Shown here in pieces: positions 22,442 to 36,700 of a DNA stretch of 64,000 bases. The stretch is from Chiloscyllium plagiosum (Eukaryota). The DNA lies in NCBI RefSeq assembly GCF_004010195.1, contig NC_057719.1, positions 35,836,684 to 35,900,683 of the forward strand, given 5' to 3'. The translations under genes were made by a program, and so were the position numbers. The notes under the pieces were generated by a model. The model saw only the letters and a program-made list of their open reading frames with translations. It ran no database searches and was not told the origin of the DNA. Each line of letters begins with the position of its first letter. The stretch's first letter is position 1.

Positions 22442-24429
22442 ATTGCCAATTGTTGGAAAAACCAAGCTAATTCATTAATGTCTTTTAGGGAAGGAAACTG
22501 TCATCCTGACATATTCTGGCCGATACGTGAGTCCAGACCCACAAGAGTGGTTCAGAATGGTTGACCCTTAACTGTCCTCTAGACAATTAAGGATGAGCAA
22601 TAAATGCTGGCCCAGTCAGTGACACTTGCATCCCATGAATGAATAAAACAAAAGGAGGAAGAAGATAAAGAAGAAAAACACAGTGGGGATTTGGTGTTTT
22701 TGTGTTTTTTGAAGATTGATGTCTTCCTTGATCGTTTCTCTCAGAGAGAATACATGTTAAGATGTTAGTTTAGAACTGAGGATGCCAACATTTCACAGGA
22801 GTCAGTTCTTTCAGGGTAGCTGAGAAGAACTAACCCCCCACCCCCTTTTAGAAAAGTAGGAAGAGTTTGAATAGCTAAGGGAAATATTGAGGAAAACTAA
22901 TTAGTTCATAACAATAATGGGGATGTGTGTATTTTCCTTTGTAATTTGGTGATGAGTTTTCCTTTTTGTCAATAAGAATAAAAACTATGTGTCTATAGTC
23001 ACATGTGGGCCAGACTAGGTAAGGATAGCAATTACCTTCCCTAAAGAACATTACTAAACCAGATGGGTTTTCCCTGGTAATTGACAATGGCTCCATGGTC
23101 ATCATTAAAGTTGTAAGTCCAGATTTATTTATTTTTAAATTGTTACATTCAAATTTCACCAACTCCATGGCAAGGTTTGAACCTACGTCCCCAGAATGGA
23201 TCCCTTGATTAATAGGCGAGTTGATAAAAGCACAAGGCCATCACTTCCTTTAGCTTACTGTGGAAGGTAGGAAATTTGATATACATACTAAAAGAATGAA
23301 ACTAAAACTGGCAAATACCAGCAAAATATATGTATGATAGTTGGAGGGAATACTGATGAACAGATGGCATACAGGTTATGCTAGACAATGGAAACCATGA
23401 GGAAAATATTAAAAGGTTTGGACTTCCTTCTGAATGCTAGAAATACTGAAGAAATGGATCCAGTGAGCTGAACGGCTTACTTCTGTTTCTACATTTTACA
23501 ATCTTATATGAGATAGACAGATTCTTAAGTGGGTTATAGGGAAACGGCAGGAAAGTGGAGTTGATGATTATCAGATCAAGCATGATTTCATTGAAAGATG
23601 GATCAAACTCGAAGGGCTGAATTACCTATTTCCGTTCCTTCATCCTTTGGTCTATTCTAGTTAAAATTCAAGAAAAGTTTGTGAAGCTGTGGTTAGCCCC
23701 ATGTTATATTAACCTGAGTGAAATTGATGAGCAAAAATACCGGCAGCAGAGATGAGTTTCTTGAGAGAAATATTGCAGACTACCAAGAATACAAAGAATC
23801 AGAAAAGATGAATGTGATCATTTGGATCTATTTCAGAAATTGAAAGCGTAGAGTGTCCTTCATTGTTCTGTATATAGTGAGACGTCACATGAAGCTAAGG
23901 AAAAGCAAAGAAGTACAGGATAAACAGTGTTAAGTGCAACTTGTCACAGAAAGGTCAAAGTGCCAAGTCTAACTCAGAAAATTCATTTACCCATTCTCAA
24001 TCTTTGTCACTGTGCTAATAGGAGAGAAATACTGGTTCACAAATCATTGAAAGTGGCATAATTGGTTTTGGGGATTATTGAAAGTACAAGCTAAGTACTG
24101 GAGTTAATTTTTAGAGGAATAGAACATAAAGGTAGGGGAAATATTAAATTTATATGGATCTCAGTTGGACGAAATGAGTAATGAGGCAATGGCAAAGTGC
24201 ATAATTATTTGTAAGGATGCTTCAGGAACTGAGAAAATTCAGCTATCAGTGAAAGATTGAGTAGACTGCAGCTCTTTTTGCTTGGAAAAAAGAAAGCTAA
24301 AAGGAGACTGTTAGAGGTCTTTAAAATATAAAATAAGGAGCATACCAACTTGCAGATCTATCACATAATAGTCTTTCAATTCAATTCACAGGAGCATTGT
24401 CAAAGGAAATTTGAGACTGAAGCACAAAA

Positions 24430-25692
24430 GAAGATGCTGGGACAGTTTAGCAAGTGTGGCATTAAGAAGCCCTGGTAAAACCGGAGTCAATGGCAACCTT
24501 GGAGAAAGAGGTCAGCAGGGTTTGGAGATGAGCCAAGAACAAAACAAGGTGGCTGTGATTGTTAGAACTCAATCAGCTCATCCCAGGATATCACTGCATG
24601 ATTTCCTCAGGTAGTAGTTTCCTCGGCTCAATCATTTTCAACGGCTTCATTAATGACCTTCCCTCCATCATAAGGTAGCATGTTCAGCACCATTTACAAA
24701 TCCTTGGATACTGAAGCAGTTTGTGTCAAAATGAGCAAGACACAGACAACTTTCAGGTTTGGGCTGATAAGTGGCAAGTAATATTTACAGCACACAAGTG
24801 TCAGGCAATGAACATCTCTACCAAAAGAGAGCCCAACCATCAACTTTGACATTCATTGGTACTATCATCACTGAATGCCCACCATCAACAATCTTCAGAT
24901 AGTTATTGATCAGATTCTGAATTTGACTGGCCTTACAAATACTGTTGCTACTAGAGCAGGTGAGAAGCTGGTAATACTGTAGCAAGAAACTCACATCCTG
25001 ACTTCTAAGAATCTGTCCATCATCTACAAGGCATAGATGAGTATTGTAATAGAATACTGTGCACTTGCCTGTACGAGTGAAGTTCAAAGAGCAATCAAGA
25101 ATCTCAATGCTATTCAGGACAAAGCAGCCCGCTTGGTTAGCACCCTATCTAAAACATTCAACATTCACTCTCTCCAGCACCAACACCAACACTCAGAGAC
25201 AGTATTGTGTACAAGATACAGTGTAAGAACACATCATGGCTCCTTATCAACATCTTTGAAACCCATGACCTCTACCACCTAGAATTTACATTCCTTTTAA
25301 TACTCCTGGTGCTGCACTGACCTCCAAGATCTCTGTGTGGCAGCAACGTCCAGAATTGGATGTCAATTTGTCCACGCGTTGACTGGTGTGTGCGGACTTT
25401 CCAAGTGGCCACACAGCTGAGAAGGGACATTGCCGATAAGAAAAACGGCAGTAGCTACATGCAATATCAACTGCTCTAAGTTTTCCTCCAAGATACATAC
25501 CATTTTACATTGGAACAATATTGTCATTGCTTCACTGTCACTGGAACAAAATCCTGAAACATCATGCATAACAGCAGTGTAAAGTGTACCCACAGTGGTT
25601 CAAGAAGATTGCTAACTGACATCTTCTTAAGGGATGGGCAATAAATGATGGCCTAGCCAGGAATGCCCACATTCCCCAAGAGAATAAAAACA
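24430..25692 (+). mobile_element. Second (non-CR1) LINE family, RT-to-tail fragment; clade not determined
   Basis: Decayed PQGS..G..IF..FINDLPSII region (~24605-24672), NAIQDKAARLV, tail gggcaataaatgatggcctagccag...ccacattccc. Other copies at ~28600-28880 (+) and ~53250-54600 (-). Confidence 0.65.
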
Positions 25693-26455
25693 ATGTAATC
25701 ATTTTAATGAGTGTCTGAAAGGAGGAAAACTGAGGTAGAGAGGCAAAAGTGTTTAGAGATGGAATTCAAAATCTCATTGTCCAGGCCATTGAAGGCATGG
25801 TCACCAATTGCAATATATGGTGTGCAAACAGCCAGATTTTGAAGAGTGCAGAGGTATTGGAGCTTGTACTGGAGTGGGCTAAGAGATATGAGAATATCCA
25901 ACCACAGACAAACTTGAAAATATGGTGAGAATTTTAAAATCAAGATTTTGGTCAGTGAGGGAGCATCTGAGTGATGGGTAAATGGGACTTGGTTAAAATT
26001 AGGACAAGGGCAATTGGTTTTAAATGAGCTGAAGTTCATGGGGATGTTTAATGGGAGACTGGCCAAGAGAATATTGAAATAGTCAAGTAAGAGGGAACAG
26101 AGGTATTTGACATGGCAAATGTAGCAAAATTTTCATTTTTTGATGAGTCCAAAAAAAAGTAAATATAAGATTGTCGCTAATAAAACTTTCATTGGGATTT
26201 TCATTTTATTCAGAATGTGGAACTCATTGCTGCATGAAATAATTGAAATAGATATTATTAAGTCATTTAAGGGAAGTCTTGATACATACACGTCAATGTC
26301 ATAGATGAGGCAGTTTGCGTACAAGGAGGTTTGATTGGCATATAATCAGTATGATAGACCAATTAAACCAATTGCCTTGTTTACGTGATTTAAATTTTAT
26401 GTTAATCTATGAATCCTAAAATGCTTCAAAATTTGGGAATAGCCCTGAAAGCATT

Positions 26456-28100
26456 AGAACATAGAACATTACAGTGCAGTACAGGCCCTTCTGCCCTCGA
26501 TATTTCGCCCGACCTGTGCACCAATATGAAGCCCATCTATCCTACACTATTCCATTTTCATCCATATGTTTATCCAATGACCATTTAAATGCCCTTAAAG
26601 TTGGTGAGTCTACTACTGTTGCAGGCAGTATCCCTACTACTCTCTGAGTAAAGAAACTACCTCTGACATCTGTCCTATATCTATCACCCCACATTTTAAT
26701 GCTATGTCCCCTCATGCTAGCCATTGCCATCCAAGGAAAAAGGTTCTCACTGTCCAACCTATCTAACCCTCTGATTATCTTGTATGTCTCAATTAAGTCA
26801 CCTCAACCTCCTTCTCTCCAAAATAAACAGCCTCAAGTCCCTCAGCCTTTCCTGGTAAGACCTTCCTTTCACACCAGGCAACATCCTAGTAAATCTCTTC
26901 TGAACCCTTTCCAAAGCTTCCACATCCTTCCTATCACGCAGTGACCAGAACTGTATGCAATACTCCAAATGTGGCTGCACCAGAGTTTTGTACAGCTACA
27001 GCATGCTCTCATGGTTCCGAAACGTAATCTCTCTACCAATAAAGGTAAAACACTACATGCCTTCTTAACAACTCAATCAACCTGGCAGCGACTTTCAATG
27101 TACCTGGACATCTACACCATCAAGAATCTTACCATTAGCCCAGCATTCTGCATTCCTGTTACTCCTTCCAAAGTGAATCTTCTCACACTTTTCCCATGTG
27201 CCATCTGTCAGCCCAGTTCTACAGCTTATCTACATCTCTCTGTAATCCACAACATCCTTCAGCACTATCCACAATTCTCTCAACCCTAGTGTCATCCGCA
27301 AATGACCCTCATCCAGGTCATTTATAAAAATGACGAACCCAAAACAGATCCTTGTGGAACTCCACTAGTAACTGAACTCAGGATGAATATTTCCCATCAA
27401 CCACCAACCTCTGTCTTCTTTCAGCTAGCCAATTTCTGATCCAAACCATGAAATGACCCTCAATCCCATGCCTCTGTGTTTTGTGCAATAGCCTATCGTG
27501 GGGAACTTCATCAAACACTTTACTGGAATCCATATACACCATCTTTACCCTCATCCACCTGTTTGATCATCATCTCAAAGAACTCAGTAAGGTCTGTGAG
27601 GTATGACCTACACTTCACAAAACTGTGTTGGCTATCCCTAATCAACTTATTTCTTTCTAGATGATTAAAAATCCTATCTCTTATAACTCTTTCCAACACT
27701 CTACCCACAACCTAAGCAAAGCTCACAGGTCTATCATTTCCAGGGTTGTCTCTACTCCCCTTTTTGAACAAGCGAACAGCATTTGATATCCTCCAGTCAT
27801 CTGGCACTATTCCTGTAGACAATGACAACAGAAAGATCAAAGCCAAAGGCTCTGCAATCTCCTCCCTGCCTTCCTAGTAAATCCTAGGATAAATCCCATC
27901 CCGCCCAGGGGACTTATCTATTTTTACACTTTCCAGAATTGCTAACACCTCCTCCTTATGCACCTCAATCCCACCTAGTCTAGTAGCCTGTATCTCAGTA
28001 TTCTCCTCAACCATATTGTCTTTTTCTAGTGTGAATATTGATGAAAAGTATTCATTTAGCACTTCCCCTATCTCCTCTGACTCCACACACAAATTCCCAA
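26456..28100 (-). mobile_element. CR1 LINE ORF2 3' part, decayed
   Basis: KSPGRDGIYPRI, SQHSFVKCRSYLTDLTEFF, PHLEYCIQFWS; (tagaaca)n tail at about 26455. Confidence 0.92.
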
Positions 28101-28187
28101 TTAGCTTACATTACGGTAACACGTCATCCAATAAAGACATGTCATTTGATTTTACTTTAAACACCCTGTCCTAAAATTACAAAGTTA

Positions 28188-28513
28188 AGATTAGATTTTT
28201 TTAGATTAGATTACATTACAGTGTGAAAACAGGCCCTTCGGCCCAACAAGTCCACAACGACCCGCTGAAGCGCAACCCATCCATACCCCTACATTTACCC
28301 CTTACCTAACACTATGGGCAATTTAGTATGGCCAATTCACCTGACCTGCACATCTTTGGACTGTGGGAGGAAACCGGAGCACCCGGAGGAAACCCACGCA
28401 GACACGGGGAGAACGTGCAAACTCCACACAGTCAGTCGCCTGAGGCGGGAATTGAACCCGGGTCTCTGGCGCTGTGAGGCAGCAGTGCTAACCACTGGGC
28501 CACCGTGCCGCCC
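28188..28513 (-). mobile_element. HE1-type V-SINE, well preserved
   Basis: tRNA head gggcggcacggtggcccagtggttagcactgctgcctcacagcgccagagacccgggttcaattcc, V-domain gtgggtttcctccgggtgctccggtttcctcccaca, CR1-like tail with (tctaa)n. Confidence 0.92.
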
Positions 28514-30733
28514 ACTTAACTTAAACTTTCATTTGAAAATGGTAAGTTATAACTATATCAATTTCCACCTGATGTGTACAAGAAAACTTGATTGATGTCA
28601 GTTTATCTGGAATAGTACTGTCCACTATCTACAAGGTGCAGAAGAACAGTGTGATAGAATACTATCCAGTTGCTTGGATGAATGAAGCACTAATAGCACT
28701 CAAGAAGCTTGATACTATTCAGGTCAAAGCAACCCACTGGATTAGCACCATATCTAGTATCTTCAATGTTCAATCCCTCCACCACAATGCTCAGTATTAG
28801 TAGTGTATATAAAATACAGTGCAACAACTAATCATAGCTCCTTAGACAATACCTTTGAAATCTAAGACCTGTAGCACCTCAATAATGGATTATGTTTTTG
28901 TTTATCTTATTTTTATGGCTATATGACTTCACACAAACTTTAAAGGGGAGAGATGGTTGATCATATTCTTTGAGTTTTATTCTTGACATTACATTTAGCA
29001 GAAAGTACTGCTAACCTAAACAAAGTTATGAATTTTTGAAGAATATTAGATGATAGATAATATATTTTGTTTAATAGGTTGAGAAATGGTGGAGATACAG
29101 GACAGATAAAGCTTATTATTAATATCATTAATGATGGACCATAAGAAATGTTTTTAAATTAATTACTGAGACTGGCAATCTTTTAGAAGCATTCAAAATT
29201 ATATTTGAATAGAAGTTCAGAGGAATGAAAAGATGAGGTTTTACTTCTGTAGCATATTGAATTAGACTTTGTGAATCTTCTGTGGAGTTGCTGGTAAATT
29301 GTTTTTGTTTTATTGTCTGCTAGCAATATTAGGATTATGTCAACTGTATAATGGACTTTCATTTATGAACTGTTTACGTTCTTCAGATTCATTTTCTGAT
29401 TCTTAACCCAGGATATTATGATGTTACCTGCATATGCTTTCAGATATTAGTTAGCATTAGTTCTGACTTTAACAATAAATAAGTAATTGCATTGTGTTTT
29501 TAAAATCCTTTTATTTCTTTCTTATTTGTGCCCTACTAACATTTTCTTTTTATGTATTATTAGAATTAATACTGTTAATTCTGTATGCTTTCCTCATGAA
29601 TCATTACCATGAATGGTGGAATTCAACTGGTCTATTGTTAAATACTTTTTGAAGTGATGCCAGATGAATGTCATTACCAGCATGATGTTAACTACATTCA
29701 TTTTCTTACTAGAGAAGCAGTCCAGCCAGTGCACTGAGCCATCTGATTTCTCTCCTTCATGGGCAATGTAAGATCCTTGATAAAGCTTTAATTAACAGAC
29801 TGTGGAATAAGGTACTCCAGCTTATACATTCAGGTCAGCTGAGTTTACCACTTTAATACATTATCCTTGGACCTGACAGGAGGATTATAAAAATGAAATG
29901 AAGTCTTGCTGTTCCAGAAGCTAATTCATCTCATGGCGTGAAGCTGATGTGGAATGGATACGTTTTCTGATCACTGCAACACACTCAATGAAATCATAGT
30001 TCCAAGAGCTAATAAAAATGTATTTCCAGAGACGGAATAGACTGTTGTTTATGGTGAGGAGATGACAAAATTTACAGATCAGTAAAGGATAGGTTTGTTG
30101 ACATTTTCCTATTCCTAAACATTTTGATGGTTGTTTTGTTGGATTTGAGCCTCCTTTATAAATTGCATCTCATTTTTGGTTCATTTATTATTGCCTCAGT
30201 TCCTTCTATCAAGCGGAAATGCATTGCTATTGGTGTAAAATACCAGAAAACAGGCTGAGGAACTATTCAGTTATTGGACTACTGTAATGGAGTATACTGC
30301 TGGATGAGTGATGATGTGGCAGCTGTAGAAGTGAGGATTTTATTACACACTTGCCACACCAGATAAGTGTAATAAAAATGGCTTTGTGTTTCATTGGCTT
30401 TAAAATGCAATTTTAAGTCAATGCTACAAAAACAGGTCTAAGTCATTGGATTGCATTTTGGGTTGTTCAGTTTAAATGTGCAAAGTTAATTTAATCATAT
30501 CAACTAAAATTAAAATTAAAATTTTAACATTGATATATGACTATTATATCTATATAATTGTTTTAAAGTTTCTGTGATACTGTACTTGAAAAACATTTTC
30601 TGGAAATATGTTGACTTTAGTTAATATTTTAGAATTAAATTTGTGCATGAATCTTTTAAATTGATTTTTGTCTTCATAATTAAGCTAAAAATTTGTACTT
30701 GTTATTTGAAGCATTGTCATGATAATTGGTCTA

Positions 30734-33700
30734 CATAGAACATAGAACATTACAGCGCAGTACGGGCCCTTTGGCCCTCGATGTTGCGCCGTCCTGTCAT
30801 ACTAATCTGAAGCCCATCCCACCTACACTATTCCATGTACATCCATATGCCTGTCCAGTGACGACTTAAATGCACTTAAACTTGGCGAATCTACTACCAT
30901 TGCAGGCAAAGCATTCCATACCCTTACTACTCTCTGAGTAAAGAAACTACCTCTGACCTATCTCCCCTCACTTTAAAGTTGTGTCCCCTCGTGTTTGCAG
31001 TCCCCATACTTGGAAAAAGGCTCTCCCTGTCCACCCTATCTAACCCTCTGAATATCTTGTATGTCTCTATTAAGACATCTCTCAACCTTCTTCTCTCTAA
31101 TGAGAACAGCCTCAAGGCCCTCAGCCTTTCCTCGTAAGACATTCCTTCCATACCAGGCAACATCCTAGTAAATCTCCTCTGCACACTTTCCAAAGCTTCC
31201 ACATCCTTCTTATAATGCAGTGACCAGAACTGTACACAATACTCCAAGTGTGGCCATACCAAAGCTTTGTACAGCTGCAGCATAACCACCTGGTTCCGGA
31301 ACTCAATTCCTCTATTAATAAAGGCCAAAACACTGTATGCCTTTACTACATCCTTCGTCACTATCCACAACTCCACCGACCTTAGTGTTGTCCGCAAATT
31401 TACTAACCCACCCTTCTAAGCCCTCATCCAGGTCATTTATAAAAATGACGAACAGCAGTGGACCCAACACCGACCCTGCGGTATGCCGCTAGTAACTGGA
31501 CACCAAGATGAACATGTTCTATCAATTACAACCCTCTGTTTTCTTTCAGCAAGCCAATTACTGATCCAAATTGCTATGTCCCCCACAATCCCATTCCTCC
31601 GCATTTTGTATAATAGCCTACTGTGGGGAACCTTATCGAGTGCCTTGCTGAAATTCATATACACCACATCAACTGGTTTACTCTCATCTACCTGTTTGGT
31701 CACTTTGTCAAAAAACTCAATAAGATTCGTTAGGCACAACCTACCCTTCACAAAACCGTGCTGACTGTCCCTGATCAGATTATTCTTTTCTAGATGATTA
31801 TAAATCCTATCTCTTGTAACCTTTTCCAACACTTTACCAACAACTGAAGTGAGACCCACTAGTCTGTAATTACCAGTGTTGTCTCTACTACCCTTTTTGA
31901 ACAAGTGAACCACATTTGCTATCCTCCAGTCCTCAGGCACTATTCCTGCAGACAATGATGATTTGAAGATCAATGCCAAAGGCTCAGCAATCTCTTCCCT
32001 TGTTTCCCAGAGGATCCTAGGATAGATCCCATCTGGCCCAGGGGACTTGTTTATTTTCACACTCTGCAGTATTTCTAATACCTCTTCCTTGTGAACCTCA
32101 ATCTCTTCTAGTCTAGATGCAAGTATCTCTGTATCTTCCTCACTAACATTTTCATTTTCTAGAGTGAACACTGTCAAAAAATATTTATTTAGTGCTTCCT
32201 CTATCTCCTCTGACTCTACACACAACTTCCCACTACTATCCTTGATTGGCCCTAATTTAATTCTCGTCATTCTTTTATTCCTGACATACCTATGGAAAGC
32301 CTTAGGGTTAATCCTGATCCTATCCGCCAACAACGTCTCATGTCTCCTCCTGGCTCTTCTGAGCTGTCTTTTTAGGTCTTTCCTGGCTTCCTTGTAACCC
32401 TCAAGCGCCCTAACTGAGTTTTCACATTTTGTCCTAATACAAGCCTTCTTCTTCTTGACCAGTGATTCCACTTCCTTAGTAAACCACTGCTCACGCGTTC
32501 TATATCTTCTTCCCTGCCTGGCAGGTACTTACTTATCTAGGACACAAAGGAGCTTTTCCTTGAATAAGTTCCACATTTTTAATGTGCGCATCCCNNNNNN
32601 NNNNNNNNNNNNNNNNNNNNNNNNNNNNNNNNNNNNNNNNNNNNNNNNNNNNNNNNNNNNNNNNNNNNNNNNNNNNNNNNNNNNNNNNNNNNNNNNNNNN
32701 NNNNNNNNNNNNNNNNNNNNNNNNNNNNNNNNNNNNNNNNNNNNNNNNNNNNNNNNNNNNNNNNNNNNNNNNNNNNNNNNNNNNNNNNNNNNNNNNNNNN
32801 NNNNNNNNNNNNNNNNNNNNNNNNNNNNNNNNNNNNNNNNNNNNNNNNNNNNNNNNNNNNNNNNNNNNNNNNNNNNNNNNNNNNNNNNNNNNNNNNNNNN
32901 NNNNNNNNNNNNNNNNNNNNNNNNNNNNNNNNNNNNNNNNNNNNNNNNNNNNNNNNNNNNNNNNNNNNNNNNNNNNNNNNNNNNNNNNNNNNNNNNNNNN
33001 NNNNNNNNNNNNNNNNNNNNNNNNNNNNNNNNNNNNNNNNNNNNNNNNNNNNNNNNNNNNNNNNNNNNNNNNNNNNNNNNNNNNNNNNNNNNNNNNNNNN
33101 NNNNNNNNNNNNNNNNNNNNNNNNNNNNNNNNNNNNNNNNNNNNNNNNNNNNNNNNNNNNNNNNNNNNNNNNNNNNNNNNNNNNNNNNNNNNNNNNNNNN
33201 NNNNNNNNNNNNNNNNNNNNNNNNNNNNNNNNNNNNNNNNNNNNNNNNNNNNNNNNNNNNNNNNNNNNNNNNNNNNNNNNNNNNNNNNNNNNNNNNNNNN
33301 NNNNNNNNNNNNNNNNNNNNNNNNNNNNNNNNNNNNNNNNNNNNNNNNNNNNNNNNNNNNNNNNNNNNNNNNNNNNNNNNNNNNNNNNNNNNNNNNNNNN
33401 NNNNNNNNNNNNNNNNNNNNNNNNNNNNNNNNNNNNNNNCTCGTACTGTAGTGATCCCAGTCAATATTTGGATAGTTGAAGTCCCCCATGACAACTACCC
33501 TGCCTCTCTCACTCCTATCGAGAATCATCTTTGCTATCCTTTCCTCTACATCTCTGGGACTATTCAGAGGCCTATAGAAAACTCCCAGCATGGTGACTTC
33601 TCCTTTCCTGTTTCTAACCTCAGCCCATACTACATCATTAACGAGTCCCCAAACATCCTTTCTACAACTGTAATATTGTCCCTGATCAACAATGCCACAC

Positions 33701-33745
33701 CTCCCCCTCTTTTACCATCTTCTCTGTTCTTACTGAAACATCTGA
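30734..33745 (-). mobile_element. CR1 LINE, nearly whole ORF2 (APE endonuclease remnant plus RT) with gap, frameshift and internal deletion
   Basis: VFYRPLNS...VVVMGDFNYPNIDW (endonuclease), 344-aa ORF with KSPGPDGIYPRIL and SQHGFVKGRLCLTNLIEFF, C-terminal PHLEYCVQFWS; (tagaaca)n tail. Confidence 0.95.
32595..33439. other. Assembly gap
   Basis: Run of N. Confidence 1.
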
Positions 33746-36700
33746 ATCTCTTTGAAAAGTTAGTAGATGTTTAATTTTTTAAATGTATTTTTCATCTTGT
33801 GAGAACAGATTTTATGTATTTGATTTCTCAGTTTCTGTGAAGTATTTGACAGTTTAATTTCCACAGTCTCTGGACCACTTTGCCCTGGTTAGCAGAATAA
33901 TGAATGAAGCCTTGTTCCAATTTCAGTAGTTAAAAATAGGAATTAACTGTTTATCAGGATATTTAGCTAAATGATTAAAATGCTCAGTTTCATTTATGTG
34001 TATTGGAAATTAGTTCAAAAGATATGCATGCTTCATTATGTTATAATAAAAGTCTTGCAATAGGAGGCAGCTCCTGTTCAAGCTTTCCTTCCTGTTCATC
34101 TGATTTGGCTTCCTTTATTTCCCACATTTCCACTTCAAATAACAGGCTCATTACTGAATAGAATTAAAATGCACTGCCAGTAGTTAATAATTTTCAAACA
34201 GAATAGAATATTAGCCTTTCACTTCTAAAGTACTTCCTTTCCTTTACTGGATTTGTACTTGAGGCATTTTCATGAATTAATTGTCTCCTTAATAGACACA
34301 AATTATAAATTAGGGAGATTAAAATGCTTTGAAGCTGCCTGTTAAATTACAAATATTACAAAATATGGATATAAATTGAAACAAGTCATAATTAAGATTG
34401 TGCACAGCATTAAGTATTATATATAAAGTAATAATAACTTTGTGAATAATCCTCCAGTTTCCTCAAGATTATATAATAACTCACAATCCTAAATTCTGTA
34501 AAGTATACTCCTATACCTACCTTCAAATAAAATTGTAGCTACTTTCAGGATTATATTGGCCTCCAAATCCCTGGGCTCCAGTTAGTCATAGGAAAGAATA
34601 TAGGAATAACAGTAAGCCAGTCAGCTCCTCGAGTCTGTACTGCCATGTGATTATACCATGGTTGATCTGTGTCCTAACTCTATTTACTCACCTTGGTTCT
34701 ATATCATTTCATACACTTCGATACATTGACGGAGATTTTTGTATTGTGTGGAGGTGTTGTTCGAGATAGACATGAATTTGGGATAGAATTTGGATGCGGT
34801 AAATTTCTGTTTCATGTAAATGCAGTTTAATTTGTCCATTATGAAGGGAATGAGGATCAAGCTGTTTTGTTATATCTCACAGTCATTATGTCAGAACATC
34901 TCTGAGACATGGTCATGATATCTCACTGCATCACAGAATGTTACCTGATTGTATGAAGACCTCATACTCCGTCTTACTTCAGATCACTTGAAGCATGACA
35001 CTCTATTAGAAGCATGCTTCTTCTACTTAGCCTAACAGCTTAATATAGACCCATACATTTATGAGTGAGGAATATAATGTTTGGAGATAATACATAATTG
35101 TAATGAATTTCTGTTGGATTCTTCAACATTATAATATCTATTCCCAGTTTCTTTTGTTACAGGGATTAACATAAACATTACTTCATTAGATAAACTATTA
35201 TTTTGGAGGCAAAGTCACGCCAGAAGCCGTGTCTGTATGAAATGCCAGCACATAAACAATGGATTTAAATGAGGTTGATGTTACCTTTGATAAGTTTCTT
35301 CATTTTCCGCCTGCAGTCTGCCCAGCTAGGAAGTGTTCATAAGAAATAGATCTGCCTGTCACAACCAGCTAATGGAGGAGCTAAGAAGTCTTACAGGAAT
35401 GCAAATGAGCATACAAATTAGGAGCAGAATGAGATTACTGAGACTCTTAGATCTGCTTCGTAAATCAGTAAAATCATGTGATCTAATTATGCCACATTCC
35501 TGCCCATCCCTCGATAACCTTTCACCCCTTGCTTAGTGAGAACCTAGCTACCTCTACATTAAAAATATTCAGAGACTCTGCTTCCACTGCCTTTTGATGA
35601 AGAGAATTCCAAAAAGATTTGACACTGAGGAGAACAAATTGGTTCCTTTAGGCCCTTTCCTGTAAGGAACAGTGTTTTTGGAAAGCTGAGAGATGTGATG
35701 ACAGAGACCATGAACAAGAGATAAAGCAAAAGGGAACAGAAGACCAGGGCTTATGATGTGGGAAGCATCTGATGGTAGCTAAAGAGCCAGGAGGGGGAAT
35801 TGGAGCTGTTTGCAATGGCTGGATGCCTAGACAGACCAGGTGGCAGCATCCTGAGCTGGAGAAGGCTCATGAAGAGAAGAGAACTAAACAGGGTAGAGCA
35901 GCAGTTAGGGGTTAAAGCAGCCTGGTGCATCAACATTGAAGTGCGAATGGTGTAGAACAACATAGTCACTGATGGTGGCTAGAAAGCTAGGAAGTGATAA
36001 TGGAATGTGCCAACAACATCAGGAGACTTAGGAAGACCATCTGGTCAAATCCCTTGATCTTTCAAGAGGCCAGAAAAAGAAGAAGATCCTCTCTGTGTCT
36101 GGGAGATGAGGTAATCAGTCTTATCTGATCATGGGCAGTTAGCAGTAGGAGCTCATCCAACTGAATTTATTACCTAACTTATCAGTGATCAAGAATTAAT
36201 CTCAACAACAATATTCTGACAGATCTTCAAGAATAGGTAAATAACCATTGTAAATATTCATTCCTCTCAGCCACACTCTTCCATTAATGTTTATGAAGAT
36301 TTGCCAGTGGAATAAAGAATTCAACTTTTATAACCTTTGTAGTGTGTGTGTGTTACACTTTGCATTCAGTATGAGTTGTGGTGTGCTCCACAACTTTGCT
36401 GTTCATCAATTCAATAGGTGGAGATGACAGAGGAGCAGACAGAGTGGATGATGACTGTGAGGTTCATTCACAGAACAATCAACAGCTGAATCAATACCAA
36501 CAGCAACAAGAGCATTAATGGACATTTGTTGTTGGCACATTTGAGCCAGTACTTGTCTAACTCTTCTCCCTTAATAAGAAATCCCTGTGAATGTGGTATT
36601 CTCCAGTTGTTTAAATGAAAGTATCATTACATATCACCTATAGCCCAGCCATAATATATATGCTAATAACGCCTGACCCCTGGATTCTGACAAAGATTTA

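Noticed and set aside
28440..28513. tRNA-like sequence (also at ~41951, ~43430-43506, ~50782 and ~6940)
   Set aside because: These are SINE heads continuous with the SINE body and tail, not tRNA genes.
32455..33774. Long ORFs of 289-439 aa
   Set aside because: Artefacts of translating through the N gap inside a CR1 element.
36370..36460. Possible Harbinger transposase remnant (C-G-V-L-H-N-F-A-like), with similar hints near 47000-47450
   Set aside because: Motifs are too short and decayed to support without a profile search.
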